Origin: Candidatus Firestoneibacteriota bacterium
GTDB lineage: Bacteria > Oederibacteriota > D2-FULL-39-29 > JBDRBU01
Length of the DNA: 15,116 nt
Direction: 5' to 3'
NCBI GenBank assembly: GCA_043822305.1
Contig: JBDRBU010000094.1
Span: forward strand, 1 to 15,116
Shown here: one piece after another, positions 14,266 through 15,116 of the stretch
Layout: every line of letters starts with the position of its first letter
Numbering within the stretch: position 1 is the stretch's first letter
Program-made: the position numbers and the translations under genes
The notes under the pieces: generated by a model
Database searches by the model: none
Told to the model about the DNA's origin: nothing
What the model saw: the letters and a program-made list of their open reading frames with translations, nothing else

Positions 14266-14880
14266 ATGACATTTACGTGGATATTAGACGAAAGTAAGTA
14301 CCTAAAAACAGAAGAAGTGAGAAAGCTCATGGATACCTGCCGGGAATTAATGCGAAAACACAGAAGTTATCTGGCAGTCAGGAATTGTTTCATGGTTGAA
14401 CTCGGCTTGTTTACAGGATTGAGAGTGAAGGAAATGGCTAACCTGAATTGCGGTGATCTTTTAATCGGAAATGAGCAATCCACATTAATAGTAAGCAAAG
14501 GCAAGGGAGACAAGAAAAGAATTGTAAAACTCAACAGTGAATTTAGAAGAAAATGCTTAAAGTTTCTCAAATACAAAGAAAAAATAAATCAAAGTATAAG
14601 TGAAGATTCTCCACTGTTCTGTTCTCTTTCAGGCAGAAGATTAACTAGAAGAGCATTGCAAAAATCATTCAAGAAATGCATGGAAATCGCAGAATTGTCT
14701 GAGCATTACGGAATTCACAGCTTAAGGCATACATATGCCTCTCATTTATACAAGGCAAGCAATCACAATCTCAGATTAGTGCAGGAGCAATTAGGACATT
14801 CTTCTATAAAAACGACAGAAGTTTATGCAAATCTGATGGCAACAGACGTGAATGAAGCGCTTGAAAATCTTTACAAGTAA
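14266..14880 (+). CDS. Compact tyrosine recombinase (catalytic domain only; XerC/D-like motifs, FimB/FimE-like size)
   Basis: Catalytic set R (TGLRVKE), K (KGKGDKKR), HxxR (HSLRH), H (LGHSS), Y (TTEVY). 204 aa, with no N-terminal arm- or core-binding domain. No SD upstream. Confidence 0.94.
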   Translation: MTFTWILDESKYLKTEEVRKLMDTCRELMRKHRSYLAVRNCFMVELGLFTGLRVKEMANLNCGDLLIGNEQSTLIVSKGKGDKKRIVKLNSEFRRKCLKFLKYKEKINQSISEDSPLFCSLSGRRLTRRALQKSFKKCMEIAELSEHYGIHSLRHTYASHLYKASNHNLRLVQEQLGHSSIKTTEVYANLMATDVNEALENLYK

Positions 14881-14891
14881 GGAGGTGAGCG

Positions 14892-15098
14892 ATGTTTGAG
14901 TATTGTGGCTGGTGTAACAAACATATCAATCTTCTGAATTTTCAGAAAGTTGCATTAAGAATAAACGGAAATATTGAAAAGAAAAGATTATGGTTCTGCG
15001 CGCCAAGATGTCTTCTTGAATTTAACAGGCTTTATGAAGGAAGTAATTTCAACATGCGACTTGACGTTCCAAAAGCATTGAAAGCAGGTAAATGGTGA
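14892..15098 (+). CDS. Small putative treble-clef Zn-finger protein (TRASH/YHS-like)
   Basis: CGWC...WFCAPRC pattern; strong SD AGGAGGT at 14880-14886. Another SD (AGGAGG) at the window end implies the operon continues. Confidence 0.7.
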   Translation: MFEYCGWCNKHINLLNFQKVALRINGNIEKKRLWFCAPRCLLEFNRLYEGSNFNMRLDVPKALKAGKW

Positions 15099-15116
15099 AA
15101 ATAAAAAAGGAGGGGA

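Noticed and set aside
1402..14576. Antisense and nested ORFs (1402-1659, 2753-3004, 4512-4703, 5649-6041, 6172-6399, 6243-6440, 8305-8505, 12226-12456, 13394-13729, 14367-14576)
   Set aside because: All overlap well-supported genes and show no motifs; they are typical shadow ORFs.
14266..14880. Calling the recombinase xerC/xerD or the island integrase
   Set aside because: At 204 aa it lacks the N-terminal domains of XerC/D (~300 aa) and of arm-binding integrases, and it lies 14 kb from the tRNA site.

Overview
AT-rich bacterial accessory region that looks like the left part of an integrated element or defence island, starting at a damaged tRNA-Thr(CGT) gene (290-362) whose 5' half is intact and whose T-arm is destroyed. 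All supportable genes are on the + strand: a HicA-HicB-SecB toxin-antitoxin-chaperone (TAC) module; a repeat-rich 550-bp spacer; a PabI-family restriction glycosylase with its m6A methyltransferase; a small Zn-ribbon ORF; a DNase I-like lipoprotein; a ParB-like/HEPN-like protein with a Dam-family methyltransferase; two more methyltransferases followed by a PD-(D/E)xK nuclease-SF2 helicase with an extra C-terminal domain; a compact 204-aa tyrosine recombinase; and a small Zn-finger ORF. The most striking unannotated signal lies just upstream of the recombinase. Two inverted 26-bp recombination-like sites share a centred CATAGG core and flank a 211-bp segment. Flipping that segment in silico builds a TTTACA-17bp-TATAAT promoter with an extended -10 TG, plus an SD-led leader ORF that overlaps the recombinase start as ATGA. 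This suggests an invertible ON/OFF switch, captured here in the OFF state. All family assignments come from motif recognition by eye; no searches were run.
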